NCBI RefSeq assembly: GCF_001194135.2
Contig: NC_068983.1
Span: 160,240,099-160,304,098 of the forward strand
Direction: 5' to 3'
Length of the DNA: 64,000 bases
Source: Octopus bimaculoides
Taxonomy: Eukaryota
The notes under the pieces were generated by a model, which saw only the letters and a program-made list of their open reading frames with translations, was not told the DNA's origin and did no database searches. The position numbers were made by a program, and so were the translations under genes. Below, piece after piece: positions 27,421 to 40,930 of the stretch; within the stretch, counting starts at the first letter, position 1; every line of letters starts with the position of its first letter.

Positions 27421-29040
27421 ACAATAATGATCATTCACTCTACGTGTATTAAGTTTTTCTATCACACATGTTATATGCAAGATACAAATTGGACATTCTA
27501 ATTTGATTCTTTGAAAATAAAGCCCTTTCCAATTACTAATTTCTGGTTGTATTATATCTTTTACATACTTTTAATAGTAATCGAAGACGAACATAATGGT
27601 TTTGTAACCTCTTATACTGCTTATTCGACTCTGACAGCCATTCTTCGGGAAAATTATATTTTTATTTCTTGGTTGAATACATTTGGTGTAAGTTAGTTCC
27701 ATTTAAAATTTTTATTAGTAAAATTACCTGTTTGGTGAACATAATAAATATAGTATCTAATACGATTCCTGACAGACAGAAAAGTAATCATATAAATTAT
27801 GTGTAAGATTACAACTAAATCGATTGAATGGAGTTGCAGGCAACATAGATCTGAAAGAGAGGAAATATTGGTTTAGGCATTATGACAACAGAAATGTGTC
27901 TAGACAAATGGTAGCAAAAATCCACAGTCAGTCTCTGATTGCTTGCTCTAATCAGTTGGTCTGCTGTATTGACTTCTTTGTTTCAGAATGAATTTTATGT
28001 TGTCAAGAAAACAACCATTTTGGCTATTTCTTAAACTGAATGGGAACCAAGAAACTTTGAAAATGCCCATAAAAGAAACTTTTAAAATATGTATTATCAC
28101 ATGCTCTTGTAGTTTCGATGAATAAATGCATTTGTCTAATCCAAACTGTATTAAAAGTGAACTTAAAACTATCATGTAGGTTAATATAAGGGTTCGTTTG
28201 TCAAGATTAATCTCTTATGGTGTTAAATACGAACCCATTCTTAAAATACGTGTTGAGTGATCATTAGTAGAGAGGAAGAAAATATTTATCATGGAATTAA
28301 GCTATTTCATCTGATATATACTTTTCCCAAAATCAGCATGGTGGTTCTGCATAATCTTATATGTGGTTAATGTACCTGTTCTCAATCAAACATAACATTC
28401 AAATACAATATCTTTATAAATTAAAGTCCACCAGAAGATTGAAGTTTTCTAGACTGTACACCAACGTCTTCAGTTTAAACATTATCACTGTCGATTATTT
28501 TGATACTTTAATTTCTGGATAAACATTTTAGGCTATTCAAGCGTAATGGAGAATGTTACAATTTGAATACGTAATAATTACGTCACACAAAACAAAACTG
28601 TTTTGAATGGTTACATGAGTCGCATATTGTGTTACGATCTAATGGTATTGACTGTAAATACTTATAATATCAAAACAATAAAGACCTTCCCAAGTATGTC
28701 TTCTGTATGACGAACATACAGATAAGTGCAGTTTGACATATTTAATGTAGTGATCCAAAAGTATATTGTATATAACAATGATTTCACTCTAGTCAAGAAA
28801 GAACATTAGTGTTAATGGTACGTCTTGTTCATAGACGCAAGAAGAAATTCTTAAATGTATATTTGTTAAAATGATGCTCCGTGTGCAATAAGTAATAAAG
28901 ATGGATCTTTCTCCAAGAAGAAGAATTGAATTAACAGAAAAACAGAAACAAAGAGAACTAGAGATTATCGATTGAAAATTGTGAAAAGTATGTATAGAAA
29001 ATATATATTTAATAGTATATATATATATATATATATATAT

Positions 29041-29583
29041 NNNNNNNNNNNNNNNNNNNNNNNNNNNNNNNNNNNNNNNNNNNNNNNNNNNNNNNNNNNN
29101 NNNNNNNNNNNNNNNNNNNNNNNNNNNNNNNNNNNNNNNNNNNNNNNNNNNNNNNNNNNNNNNNNNNNNNNNNNNNNNNNNNNNNNNNNNNNNNNNNNNN
29201 NNNNNNNNNNNNNNNNNNNNNNNNNNNNNNNNNNNNNNNNNNNNNNNNNNNNNNNNNNNNNNNNNNNNNNNNNNNNNNNNNNNNNNNNNNNNNNNNNNNN
29301 NNNNNNNNNNNNNNNNNNNNNNNNNNNNNNNNNNNNNNNNNNNNNNNNNNNNNNNNNNNNNNNNNNNNNNNNNNNNNNNNNNNNNNNNNNNNNNNNNNNN
29401 NNNNNNNNNNNNNNNNNNNNNNNNNNNNNNNNNNNNNNNNNNNNNNNNNNNNNNNNNNNNNNNNNNNNNNNNNNNNNNNNNNNNNNNNNNNNNNNNNNNN
29501 NNNNNNNNNNNNNNNNNNNNNNNNNNNNNNNNNNNNNNNNNNNNNNNNNNNNNNNNNNNNNNNNNNNNNNNNNNNNNNNNNNN
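29041..29583. other. Assembly gap (largest). Others: 3397-3572, 8509-8679, 18791-19120, 31024-31223, 34938-35058, 39295-39834, 43515-43877, 52875-52934, 54030-54437, 55711-56102, plus several 10-N gaps
   Basis: N runs, mostly abutting microsatellites. Confidence 1.
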
Positions 29584-29614
<31 letters not shown>

Positions 29615-29625
29615 AACATTATGGG

Positions 29626-30177
29626 TATATGGGTACAGGACGTCACCAAAGATGCAAATAACATGAAATACGTAAACAATGAGAAAAAATGGAAAACGGG
29701 ACGAGTTAACACAGAAAAAGGGCCCTTCATTAGTTATCAACTGTCTATCTACTCCTCATTTCGAGCATTCAACGACAATATGAGTCTTCAAAGACAGTTC
29801 TTCCCATAAATTCTACAATATTTAGGATTTATGAAGGGACAAAGTTGGGAACAAAAAGATGACAGTGGGGGCATACAAGGAAACCGAACGAAAACAAAAT
29901 GGAGAATAGTTAGACAAGAACGAGAAGAAAATAGTGAAAGCTAGGAGAAACATCTTTTGACCCTCCATAAATCATAAATCTTATTTTAGAATTTATGGGA
30001 GCAACTGTATTTGAAGACTCATATTGTCACTGAATGCTCGAAAAGGTGAGTAAATAGACAGCTGACAACTGATAAAGGGTCCTTTTTCTGTGTTAACTTG
30101 TCCCGTTTTCCATTTTTTCTCGTTGTTTACGTATTTCATGTTATTTGCACCGTTGGTGATGCCATGTACCCATATAT
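29626..30177. repeat. About 220-bp inverted repeat (arms 29626-29844 and 29955-30177), likely Penelope-like retroelement ends
   Basis: Arms align by eye at high identity (e.g. tttcgagcattca.cgacaatatgagtcttcaaa.acagtt..tcccataaattcta); flanked on both sides by (TA)n. Confidence 0.75.
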
Positions 30178-30191
30178 GCATACACACACAC

Positions 30192-30223
<32 letters not shown>

Positions 30224-30291
30224 CAAACAATAAAATCAAAGAAATGGCTAGTACGGTACACAACCGCTACATCTGCAACACNNNNNNNNNN

Positions 30292-30530
30292 TCTGCAACA
30301 CTGGCATATCCTTGCAAACTTACATCGTATATCAGATTCGTTGTATACTCTTATCAGAAAGCATCTCCACATACTTATACCATCTTTCCAAAAACGACTT
30401 GAAAATATTGACGCATGAACAAGAAGGTGCAGATGTCATTAAAGGAAAGCCCTTAGTATACGTGACCAGCGCCTAAAAGAAGCCTTTCTTGTAAAAACAA
30501 AACACGAGCTAGCAATTAACAACGAATGTG
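30292..30530 (+). mobile_element. Possible decayed Penelope GIY-YIG endonuclease fragment
   Basis: Fragments KHLHI and RLKEAFLVKTKHEL resemble the C-terminus of Penelope GIY-YIG domains; frames broken. Confidence 0.3.
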
Positions 30531-31254
30531 CTAATGAATACTTTGAAGTATCATTCCTTATAGTCATTATTCATCCCAATAATTAACCCTATTTCTTTCT
30601 CGTGCATATGTCATCTCATTCCGAAACAGAAGCCTTGTGGAGCACAAAATACCTCCCCACACACACGTAATAATTCGAAAATACACACATAAGGATTCGA
30701 CACGCGAACAGAATAGATGTATAATGTATACATCATACGTCTCTTTCTCAATATTTGAATTTTTTGTGAAGAGCTTTTTAACCCGAAATATAAGGGCTGA
30801 TTAGATATTTCTAATGTAACATTTTATTTTTTTAATTACTTTCAAAAAATTTTATTTTCTACCTGCATTGTTCTCCTATAATATACTAATCTTCTACGAT
30901 CTTTCACACACACGTGTATGCGTGTGGGTGTACAGTGGTGGTGGTGGTGGTGATGGTGGTAGGAGGAGGAGGGGAGTGATACGATGCTGATGATGATAAT
31001 GATAATGATGATGATGATGATGANNNNNNNNNNNNNNNNNNNNNNNNNNNNNNNNNNNNNNNNNNNNNNNNNNNNNNNNNNNNNNNNNNNNNNNNNNNNN
31101 NNNNNNNNNNNNNNNNNNNNNNNNNNNNNNNNNNNNNNNNNNNNNNNNNNNNNNNNNNNNNNNNNNNNNNNNNNNNNNNNNNNNNNNNNNNNNNNNNNNN
31201 NNNNNNNNNNNNNNNNNNNNNNNTTCTTCAGTTAAGATCTTTTATTTTAAAATG

Positions 31255-31464
31255 CTCTTTTACTCTTTTACTTGTTTCAGTCAGTTGCCTGCGGCCATGC
31301 TGGAGCACCGCCTTTAGTCGAGCAAATCGACCCCAGGACTTATTCTTTGGAAGCCTAGTACTTATTCTATCGGTCTCTTTTGCCGAACCGCTATGTTACG
31401 GGGACGTAAACACACCAGCATCGGTTGTCAATCGATGTTGGGGGGACAAACACAAACACACAAA
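31255..31464 (-). mobile_element. SINE family A, 3' half
   Basis: ctttttacttgtttcagtca...gcggccatgctggagcaccgcctttagtcgagcaaatcgaccccagg... Confidence 0.85.
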
Positions 31465-32616
31465 TGTTTACATTTCTTGATTCTTTTTTTTTTGTACCTA
31501 GAACAATAAATCTCCACGATTCATCAGCATTTCAGAACTCTCCTAGTCATGTCTTTAAGGTGAAGTGGTTAGTGTGATGGTTATCATTATAGTCATGGGG
31601 GTCATAATTCAATCCAGGGAAGTGTTATTCTGCTTACACTAACCCCTGACTAGACAATCATCTTCTGATAGCAACCACCAGCCAATACATCTGACTTCTC
31701 TTTTGATCGTCTGAGTATGACATATTAGATCTCTACAAGACAAAGGAAAAGTTTACAGACCAGAGACTTGAACTTCGTTTATTGTTCGACGACTTTGTGC
31801 ATTCTAATATAAACTAAATATCCAAATGGATTTTCAATCCAACAGCAGATATGTATGCCTAGACTAGAGGACCTACAGGTACGTAAACGTCATGGGTTTC
31901 TTTGCTGCCATGTGGGCATTGACATGTGGTTAATAAAATTAGCTTTTAAAAGCGTAATATGACCACAGACATTTTTTATGACAATCGTGCCATGAAATTT
32001 AGTCAAAGAGATCAAAAACTGGTTCTGCATTACTTTACATTGATCCAAAATGGGTCTCCAGCTCGGAAGCACGTTCGTACATCTTTAAATATAAAAGACA
32101 GAATACTTGGGAAAAGATAATAATATTACATTCATACTAACGATTTGTGCTTGCCAACCGACATGTGATCTCTCATAGTTAGCAAGGACAATTTTGAAAG
32201 TCCAGTACTATCTCAGAATGAGATTAATTGTAAACTCTCTACCAAACGAATTTTCAACATTTTGGAATTTCCAGATCTTTCATTTTATGTGCAATTTCAT
32301 TTTTCTCAAATTACTGAAAATGCTTCTTTGTTACAAACGTCATTTCCTTTTTATTAAATGCAAAAGATATTCAATATCCAGTGTTAAAATTCAGATATCT
32401 GGTTTTGCTTTTTACTGGGAATCTGACTGGGAAATAATTTACCATAAAATAATTCTGGAAGCGTCAAATAAACTAGAAATAAATAACAAGGCCAACTGAA
32501 CGTTTATATTATTTAATAAAGCAAACTTCCATACTGAGACAAACTGCTTTTCTTGACTTCAGTAAATGGGGCAAATGATTTCCTACTGATGTTTAATATT
32601 ATACGTCTTATATGTG

Positions 32617-32623
32617 TGTATAC

Positions 32624-32692
<69 letters not shown>

Positions 32693-32846
32693 CATATATA
32701 TGTACATGGATATATATATACATGTATATATATGCATATATACATATACATTTGTTTATGTATATAGATATATTTATACATACATATATATATATACATA
32801 TATACGCATACATATGTTTTTGCATGTGTATATACGTATGTGCGTG

Positions 32847-32884
<38 letters not shown>

Positions 32885-32930
32885 GGTGTGTGTGTGTGTG
32901 TGTATGTATCTGTACACCATGTGTGTGTGT
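32617..32930. repeat. Compound (TA)n/(TG)n microsatellite
   Basis: Direct reading. Confidence 0.95.
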
Positions 32931-33470
32931 GTATTTGCTAGTTTTATGAGTGTGGGGAGGGTATTTTTGAAGTGAATGATGAATGTAGTGATATAAACAT
33001 AGGATAAATACAAGCATTAAAAAAAAATGAGATTAATAAATGGATCAATATTTCCTATTCATTCAGAAATACAGAATATCTTCAAAAACGTTTCTCAGTG
33101 GAGTAAAAAAAAAAAAAAAATAAGAGAGAAATCAATCAAGCCAAGTCTATCTCTTTGCCATATCCTCTTCATAATGCAACGCTTACTCAAACTGTACATT
33201 ATTCAATAATCTGGCTACCGTAGTAAAAATGTTCAGTTGTCATACGTTTTCCTTCAGAAATCTAGTGACTCGAAAGAATCCATCACCTCTCGTTATGCAG
33301 TCACAAACATACTATAAGTACGTACATACATACATACATACATACATACATTCATTCATTCATTCGTGCATACGTACGTGTGTATGTATGTTGGTATGTA
33401 TGTATGCATGCATACAGTCAGATGATGACTTAACTGGCCGAAACTTCGATGTCCCTATCAATAATATTCT

Positions 33471-33700
33471 TACTCTTTTTTTTAGTCTTTTTACTTGTTT
33501 CAGTCATTTGACTGCGGCCATGCTGGAGCACCATCTTTAGTCGAGCAAATCGACCCCAGGACTTATTCTTTGGAAGCCTAGTACTTATTCTATCGGTCTC
33601 TTTGGCCGAACCGCTAAATTACGGAGACGCAAACACACCACCATCAGTTGCAAGCGATGCTGGAGAGACAAACACAGACACACAAACATATACACACACA

Positions 33701-33744
<44 letters not shown>

Positions 33745-33900
33745 TACGACGGGCTTCTTTCAGTTTCCGTCTACCAAATCCACGCACAAGGCTTTGGTCG
33801 GCCCGAGGCTATAGTAGAAGACACTTGCCCAAGGTGCCACGCAGTGGGAATGAACCCGGAACCATGTAGTTCGTAAGCAAGCTACTTACCACGCAGCCAC
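33471..33900 (-). mobile_element. SINE family A, full length with internal (TA)n
   Basis: tRNA-like head (reverse complement GGTTCATTCCC B-box), CCTTGGGCAAGTG central motif, internal microsatellite, tail tactctttt; CpGs largely retained. Confidence 0.9.
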
Positions 33901-34630
33901 CTGGAACGCAGTAATGACAAGTAAAAACAAAAACAAAAAACGACGAAACATTAATGTCTATCACTGCTGTAACGGGACTAGATGCAAGTTAACTCACTTG
34001 TCTATGACTTCCAGGTGTTTTAACACCAGGCGAATTAATGAGGATATATTATCTTCCGCCTATAATCGCTTCTTGCTTACGAAATGACAAAACACATATC
34101 TTGTTTATGGGTGTTCTCTATTGCTAATATCCCCCGGGATGCTTCTCATTCATGTTTGAATATATATCTATAATACATTAAAAGTCAGTTTGAATCTTAC
34201 TTACAATGTTACCCAATCAAACTGGTGCATAATGGGAAAATGTTCCGAATATAATTTCATCCTGAAAGGGAAAAAAACTTTTCGATTAGACAGTGATTTG
34301 ACAACGAAAAAATACGATTTGTTTTTTACAGTAAATATTTCTGTTTTCGTTTTTGTGAACGTGATTTCAAAACTGTAAGCTGCTTGTATAGTAAGTATTT
34401 ATATTTTAGCTTTCTTTAAACAGACAATATTTTAGTGGTTTTTTTTTAAATTAGTTTCAAGTAAATATCATTACAAACATTTTTTTGGCATATTTAAAAA
34501 TACTTTAAAGTGAAAATGACTTAAGAATATGGTAAATATTTTGCAAAAGACTTGTTCGTAACCTAGGTGTGAAATAGTTTTTTTTCCCCCATAAGTTTTT
34601 CGAGTGCATTCAACGTATTTCATCTCCAAA

Positions 34631-34741
34631 ATTTGGCTGCTATTTCTAGCACGCCCTGCTACCACGTAACAGCTGTTTGCGATAAAGGACCCAAAATACC
34701 TGCTACGTAGTAGCAGGGCGTGCAAGAAATAGCAGCCAAAT
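34631..34741. repeat. 42-bp inverted repeat with 27-nt loop, arms derived from the family E motif
   Basis: atttggctgctatttctagcacgccctgctaccacgtaacag vs reverse complement of 34700-34741, 3 mismatches. Confidence 0.9.
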
Positions 34742-35058
34742 CTTTCCTTTTCTGGGGAAAGGAGCCGTTTACGCGTGATTTCGATGTCACATTCGTTGAA
34801 AGCAGGCAAAATAGCATGGAAAAGAAAAGATCTGCGAAACAAAACTCTGTTGTTGTGAAACTCTGAGTTTCTCGTTCTATATTTAAGAAATGAGGAATTA
34901 TGCACATTATTTACATTATATATATTATATACATTATNNNNNNNNNNNNNNNNNNNNNNNNNNNNNNNNNNNNNNNNNNNNNNNNNNNNNNNNNNNNNNN
35001 NNNNNNNNNNNNNNNNNNNNNNNNNNNNNNNNNNNNNNNNNNNNNNNNNNNNNNNNNN

Positions 35059-35090
<32 letters not shown>

Positions 35091-36112
35091 GTGTGTAAAG
35101 TTTGAGTTAGAAACCGCAGCTTTCTACTTTTTCTAGCCAAAGGGTTTTTAACTCAATATTTACATGCTTTTATTTATACCGTTATCTGCTTCGAGATTCA
35201 CGGTTCCTCCAAAAATTTATATCCATATAAAACGATCATATACACACATACATACATATATACGCACGCGCATGCATACACACATATATCTATATACACA
35301 CACACACATGTACATATACATATATATGTGTGTGTGTACATATAGGCATGATAGGCATGTATGTATAAATGTATGTCCACACAAAGTCAAAATGCATTTA
35401 TATATTTCATTTTGTTTTACGTTACATTTAAATTTTAATCGAATTTTTTTCCATCACATTTAGATTTGCTTCGATCTGTTTTCAAAGTCTGAAACGTGCA
35501 GTACTGACTGAATATATAATGATTTGTAATAGAAAAATTAAAATGCTCTCGATTAACAATGTTCGCATAAATTGAATAGTATTAGTTGTAAAAGATAATT
35601 CTCTATTTAGCTATTGCTGTTTTCCTGAAATGCAAGCATATTGCCCGATTTGCTAACAATTCTGCCAGCTCACTCTCCTATTGACTAATTAATGAGGATT
35701 TTAGAAACTAACAGTTCTGAGATTAAGTGTTTCATCAGGGTTTGAAGAAAGCAACGAGATTCTTTTATTTAGCTTCATAATCTTCAGTGATGTCGGCGCA
35801 CACCTAAGGGATTCGAAATGTCTGTTGGTGATCTAATAGTTTGTATTTCTTTTCCTATTTGATTAAGGCCCAAACTATTTATCCTTATTGATTCAATTCA
35901 CTAAGCTGTAGAAATTTACAAAGTCAAGTACAAGTCTTCACAGTAAACACCAAGAGTATTGAATTTTTTTTTTAGCCCTAGGGATCATATGGTTGGTTAT
36001 GTGATCTTCATGTTATATAAGTAGCCGCGGTCACAACATTCTCTCGGAAAGAGAAGCCTGTTCGTTGCAAGATTCAAGATCTGTAATTTTCAGAATAAGA
36101 GACCATTTGATT

Positions 36113-36249
36113 ACATTGTTTGGTACTTTATTTTATCGACCCTGAAAGGATGAAATGCGAAGTCGACTTCAGCCGAATTAGAACTAAGAATGTAAGGACG
36201 GAAGAAACGCTAAGCATATTGCCCGATGTGCTGACGATTCTGCCAGCAC
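36113..36249 (-). mobile_element. SINE family B
   Basis: ggtactttattttatcgaccctgaaaggatgaaatgcgaagtcgac...gacgattctgccagc. Confidence 0.8.
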
Positions 36250-37821
36250 ACTATCCTATTGATTCTGAGATTAAGTGTTTCATCTGGTTTGAAGAAAGTA
36301 GCAAGATTCTTTTATTTAACATCATAATCTTCAGTGATGTCGGCGCACACGTAAGAAAAACGGATAGTGGGAAGAATTAAAAATGAGATCCTTAAATAAG
36401 GAAAAACATTCACTGTGCCTCTCTTCCCCTTAAAAGCCACTGAGATATATACTATTATAAGGCGCAATTATATTTATTGATTGTTATGTATTCTCACTAA
36501 ACCCAATCCGCAGTTACCTTTTGATATCCAATTGGGATTAATTCACTTTTCGTGCGTTTCCAATTCACTTGAGTAAAACTTCAACGATACGCCTGTCTAC
36601 TTACTCTCCTGCATAACTAATATCAAGTTTCGTATTTTTGCAGGAAACACTTGTTTTCATAATATACTTTAAGTCCCTATTCATATTGAATTTTCCAAGG
36701 AATTGTTGAAGTACTGAATAAGGCAGTGAACAAAGAATGATGGTAAACTTTACTGAGAATAAGATTTGATTACTCAGATTTGCTGATAACCAAGTGTATT
36801 GGATAGCCAAGTGTATTGGAAAATCTGAAAGTCTACCTGCTCACTTGAAAATAGTATATATGATTTCAGGACATCAACAACTTAACTATATACAGCTATA
36901 AGGCATCTGAGACATCCACTGAATAATCTGTAAATTAGAATTAAGATTACTAAATTTGATTGACGTAAAATACAGGCGAATAACATTAATAACCAGGAGG
37001 TTTTTGCATGTTGAATTTAATTGCAAATACATCAATAATAGAAACAAGAAGTTTGGAATTTTCGAATTGCTATTTTATATTCCTAGTTTTAGCAAATACA
37101 GTTGGTAGTAATAATATAATAAACCCATTTGGCTGTTAATCTAAATATTGATTTCTTATTATGGTTGAAGGCCAATCCTAACTGAGAAAGATTATCGACT
37201 CATTCGATTTATTACATTATTGATGCATATTTTATCGTCCTTTGCGAATATGAAACGTAAAGCTGATTCCTGTGAGATTAGAACTCAAAATCTGAAGGGC
37301 TGATGCTAATTACCGAAATGAATTCACTCCAATATTCTATTGTCTTGGCTCTTCGTTAGTGCATAGTTCTTCCAGTCATTCCAAACACTTAATATTGACG
37401 TATGCACAAGCATGGGTATTAATATATTTCAGGCTTCCTTAAGACTGCTCGTCCAAAGAAAAAGATTTATATAATTGTGTTCCATACAGAAAGAAATATA
37501 ATTATCTGAAAATAAAAGTTTTCCCATTATGAATGGTGTTGCTAGTTTACCTAATCAGGTTCTGAAATAGATACAGTGTTAGGGTTAATAGGCATTACTT
37601 TAAGTTCCAAGGGAATAATTAATAATTTATTTCTTTGCTTTTGCAGAACATCACAGCGTGTGCCAGTCTATATTTTACGTATACGCATACACACTCGGGC
37701 CTATACATACACGCATATGTGTGTGTGAATGTGTGTGTGTGCATGTGTGTGAATGTGTGTATGTTTGTATATGTGTGTTTGTTTGTGTTTTGTGTGTATG
37801 CACGTATGTATCTGTGTAACA

Positions 37822-37852
<31 letters not shown>

Positions 37853-38520
37853 TACATACGTACACGCTTATACATATATGTGTATATGCATATAGATACA
37901 TGCACACACACAGATAGATAGATAGACATGTGTGTACATATATTTATGCATGTATATATATATATATATACATAGACACACACAAACACACGCATACACA
38001 CATATGTCGAAAGTCAATTTGTAATTCTTTCAAATGTTACTCACTTTTATACATTAAATACACACGTGATATGTCTACAATATATGGTAAAAAGGATGTG
38101 ACCACAATGCTCTAGATAGTCGGTTTTCGTTAGTCAATGGTCGAATACTTGGTAATTCAAGCGTATAGCTAGTTGGATTATTATGTTGTAATTTTACACA
38201 ATTCAGGTCTAAGGCAAAAATTAACTACTTCATGACGCTCGTTTGATTTCATTTTATGGCCATGGATTTGAGTCAATTAGTCTCAGATTAATTTTAAGAG
38301 AAAACTCCCCTGATGGTGGCAGTTAGATAGTATCTCTGACAATCGTATACATGATATCATTGGTTGATTTAGCACCAGGAACTATTCAGTTGGACTAAAC
38401 CTGCAGTTAAGTGATCCATTGAAATATAGAGAGGGTTTATTGAGCTGTTTCATATTACTTGGAGTGGAATAGCTTTCAGATCTTTGACCCTTGAGTTTCC
38501 AGACAAATCCATGTTCCAAT

Positions 38521-38641
<121 letters not shown>

Positions 38642-38715
38642 CGCTCTCGTCCTCTCTTTCTACATACTTCAAAATGTGAAAGCATAGAAAATAAAAGCTA
38701 TGTAACCATAATCTT

Positions 38716-39268
38716 AGACCTCTGCCAGGGGTGTTGCCAGCCCACTTATGCGCACCTTTCTTTCATTGGACACTAAACACCGCTTGCGAAGACCTGTTGG
38801 GGCAAGTGAAATCGAAATCGTGAAGGCACCTGTACCAGTGGAGCGCTAAGAGCACCGTCCGAGCATGATCATTGCCAGAGCAGCTATCTGGCTCCGTGCC
38901 AGTGGCACGTAAATAGCACCATTTGAGTGTGATCATTACCAGCGTCGCTTTACTGGCACATGAAAAACATTCGAGTGTGGTCGTTGCCAGTGCCGCCAGA
39001 CTGGCTCCTGTGCAGGTGGCACGTAAAATACACCATTTTGAGCGTAGCCGTTGCTAGTACCGCCTGACTGCCCTTCGTGTCGGTGCCACGTAAAAGCACC
39101 CACTACACTCTCGGAGTGGCTGGCGTTAGGAAGGGCATCCAGCTGTAGACATTCTGCCAAATCAGATTGGAGCCTGGTGTAGCCATCTGGTTTGCCAGTC
39201 CTCAGTCAAATCGTCCAACCCATGCTAGCATGGAAGGCGGACGTTAAACGATGATGATGATGATGATG
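38716..39268 (+). mobile_element. Repeat family C (SINE-like, RTE-like tail ending (GAT)n) with internal tandem array
   Basis: Four 48-67-bp units with core ggcacgtaaaagcacc (38861-39101), then ttaggaagggcatccagctgtag...catgctagcatggaaggcggacgttaaacgatgatg. Confidence 0.8.
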
Positions 39269-39847
39269 AGGATATATATATATATATATATATANNNNNN
39301 NNNNNNNNNNNNNNNNNNNNNNNNNNNNNNNNNNNNNNNNNNNNNNNNNNNNNNNNNNNNNNNNNNNNNNNNNNNNNNNNNNNNNNNNNNNNNNNNNNNN
39401 NNNNNNNNNNNNNNNNNNNNNNNNNNNNNNNNNNNNNNNNNNNNNNNNNNNNNNNNNNNNNNNNNNNNNNNNNNNNNNNNNNNNNNNNNNNNNNNNNNNN
39501 NNNNNNNNNNNNNNNNNNNNNNNNNNNNNNNNNNNNNNNNNNNNNNNNNNNNNNNNNNNNNNNNNNNNNNNNNNNNNNNNNNNNNNNNNNNNNNNNNNNN
39601 NNNNNNNNNNNNNNNNNNNNNNNNNNNNNNNNNNNNNNNNNNNNNNNNNNNNNNNNNNNNNNNNNNNNNNNNNNNNNNNNNNNNNNNNNNNNNNNNNNNN
39701 NNNNNNNNNNNNNNNNNNNNNNNNNNNNNNNNNNNNNNNNNNNNNNNNNNNNNNNNNNNNNNNNNNNNNNNNNNNNNNNNNNNNNNNNNNNNNNNNNNNN
39801 NNNNNNNNNNNNNNNNNNNNNNNNNNNNNNNNNNGTGTGTGTGTGTG

Positions 39848-39879
<32 letters not shown>

Positions 39880-39880
<1 letters not shown>

Positions 39881-40101
39881 TGTATCTGTGTCTGTGTTTG
39901 TCCACCCGCACTGCTTGGCGAATGGTGGTGGTGTGTTTATGTCCCTCTAACTTAGCAGTTCAGCAAAAGTGACAAATAGAATAAGTACTAAGCTTCAAAA
40001 ACTAATAAGTCCTAAAGTCGATTTGTTTGACGAAAATCCTTCGAGACTGTGCCCCAGCATGACTACAGTCAAATAACTGAAACAAGTAAAAGTTAAAAGA
40101 A
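39880..40101 (+). mobile_element. SINE family A, 3' half
   Basis: gtgtctgtgtttgtcc...aacttagcagttcagcaaaag...aataagtact...actgaaacaagtaaaag. Confidence 0.8.
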
Positions 40102-40102
40102 G

Positions 40103-40545
40103 GTGACAAACGATGAAACATGATCAATCCAGATATGAAGGCTGCCTATGGAATGGTCTCTTCTACTACGCTTAAAATGCTAAAAAAAATAACAAAGATC
40201 TGCACTGAAAATTATGGTAACTGCTTGATGGGTGGCAAAAAAATTATTTTCTTTCATTTTCTGGAAAATAGCTTTACTATGACTAGTAAGCGGTACAGTG
40301 ATACCTTTAAAGAGTTTAGCAAAGCAATAAGAAGAGACTGGACAAGAAACCAATCAACATTTACTATAACAATGTACAACTACACACATGTCTTTTGCAA
40401 TGAACTAGGCAGTCAACAACAAATTAGTTTAGTCATTGGCTCTCCAGCCACCACACAGCCCAGAATGATACCTTCCAGCTTCCACTTGTTTAGTCCAATA
40501 AAGGGCACAAAACAGGCACCTATTAAACAAGAGGACTAAGATTAT
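40103..40545 (+). mobile_element. Decayed mariner-type transposase fragment
   Basis: Broken frames read VTNDET..., MEW...QRSALKIMVT, IIFFHFLENSFTMTSKRYSDTFKEF, IPSSFHLFSPIK, matching mariner motifs VTGDETW, KVMATVFWD, SPDLAPSDFHLF. Confidence 0.75.
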
Positions 40546-40729
40546 AAGATATCACTGATACAAAAATAAACCCATCTTTAAAATAATGACATTAACTCTA
40601 CACAAACACATTCATAATTATTTGACACCGACAAGAATCAAGCCACAAACAACTGGCTCAGATTAAATACACAGCTCAATGCATTTGCATAGACTGCAAC
40701 AACACCAAGCCTTGGTTAAATACACTGAC

Positions 40730-40776
<47 letters not shown>

Positions 40777-40898
40777 TGAATATTTTGATCTATATGTATA
40801 AATCCACAAGTTTGTAGGTGCATGAAACTCAAGTCACAAGTTGCATATTCAGTTTCATTAAACTATATGTATGTGTGCATATGTGTGCACGCATGCCC

Positions 40899-40930
<32 letters not shown>

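Noticed and set aside
28789-29740. Long ORFs in the track (313 aa etc.) and similar ones at 18.6, 39.2, 43.5, 54.0 and 55.4-56.4 kb
   Set aside because: They run through N-gaps and microsatellites (poly-IY, HT, ER, I, L, Y); not real coding sequence
34471-34907. 144-aa and 82-aa minus-strand ORFs
   Set aside because: They cross the repeat-derived hairpin and have no recognisable domain or splice support
38861-39101. Repeat-spacer-like periodicity (also 58767-58926, 45359-45713)
   Set aside because: Diverged tandem units inside eukaryotic repeats with no unique spacers or cas genes; not CRISPR
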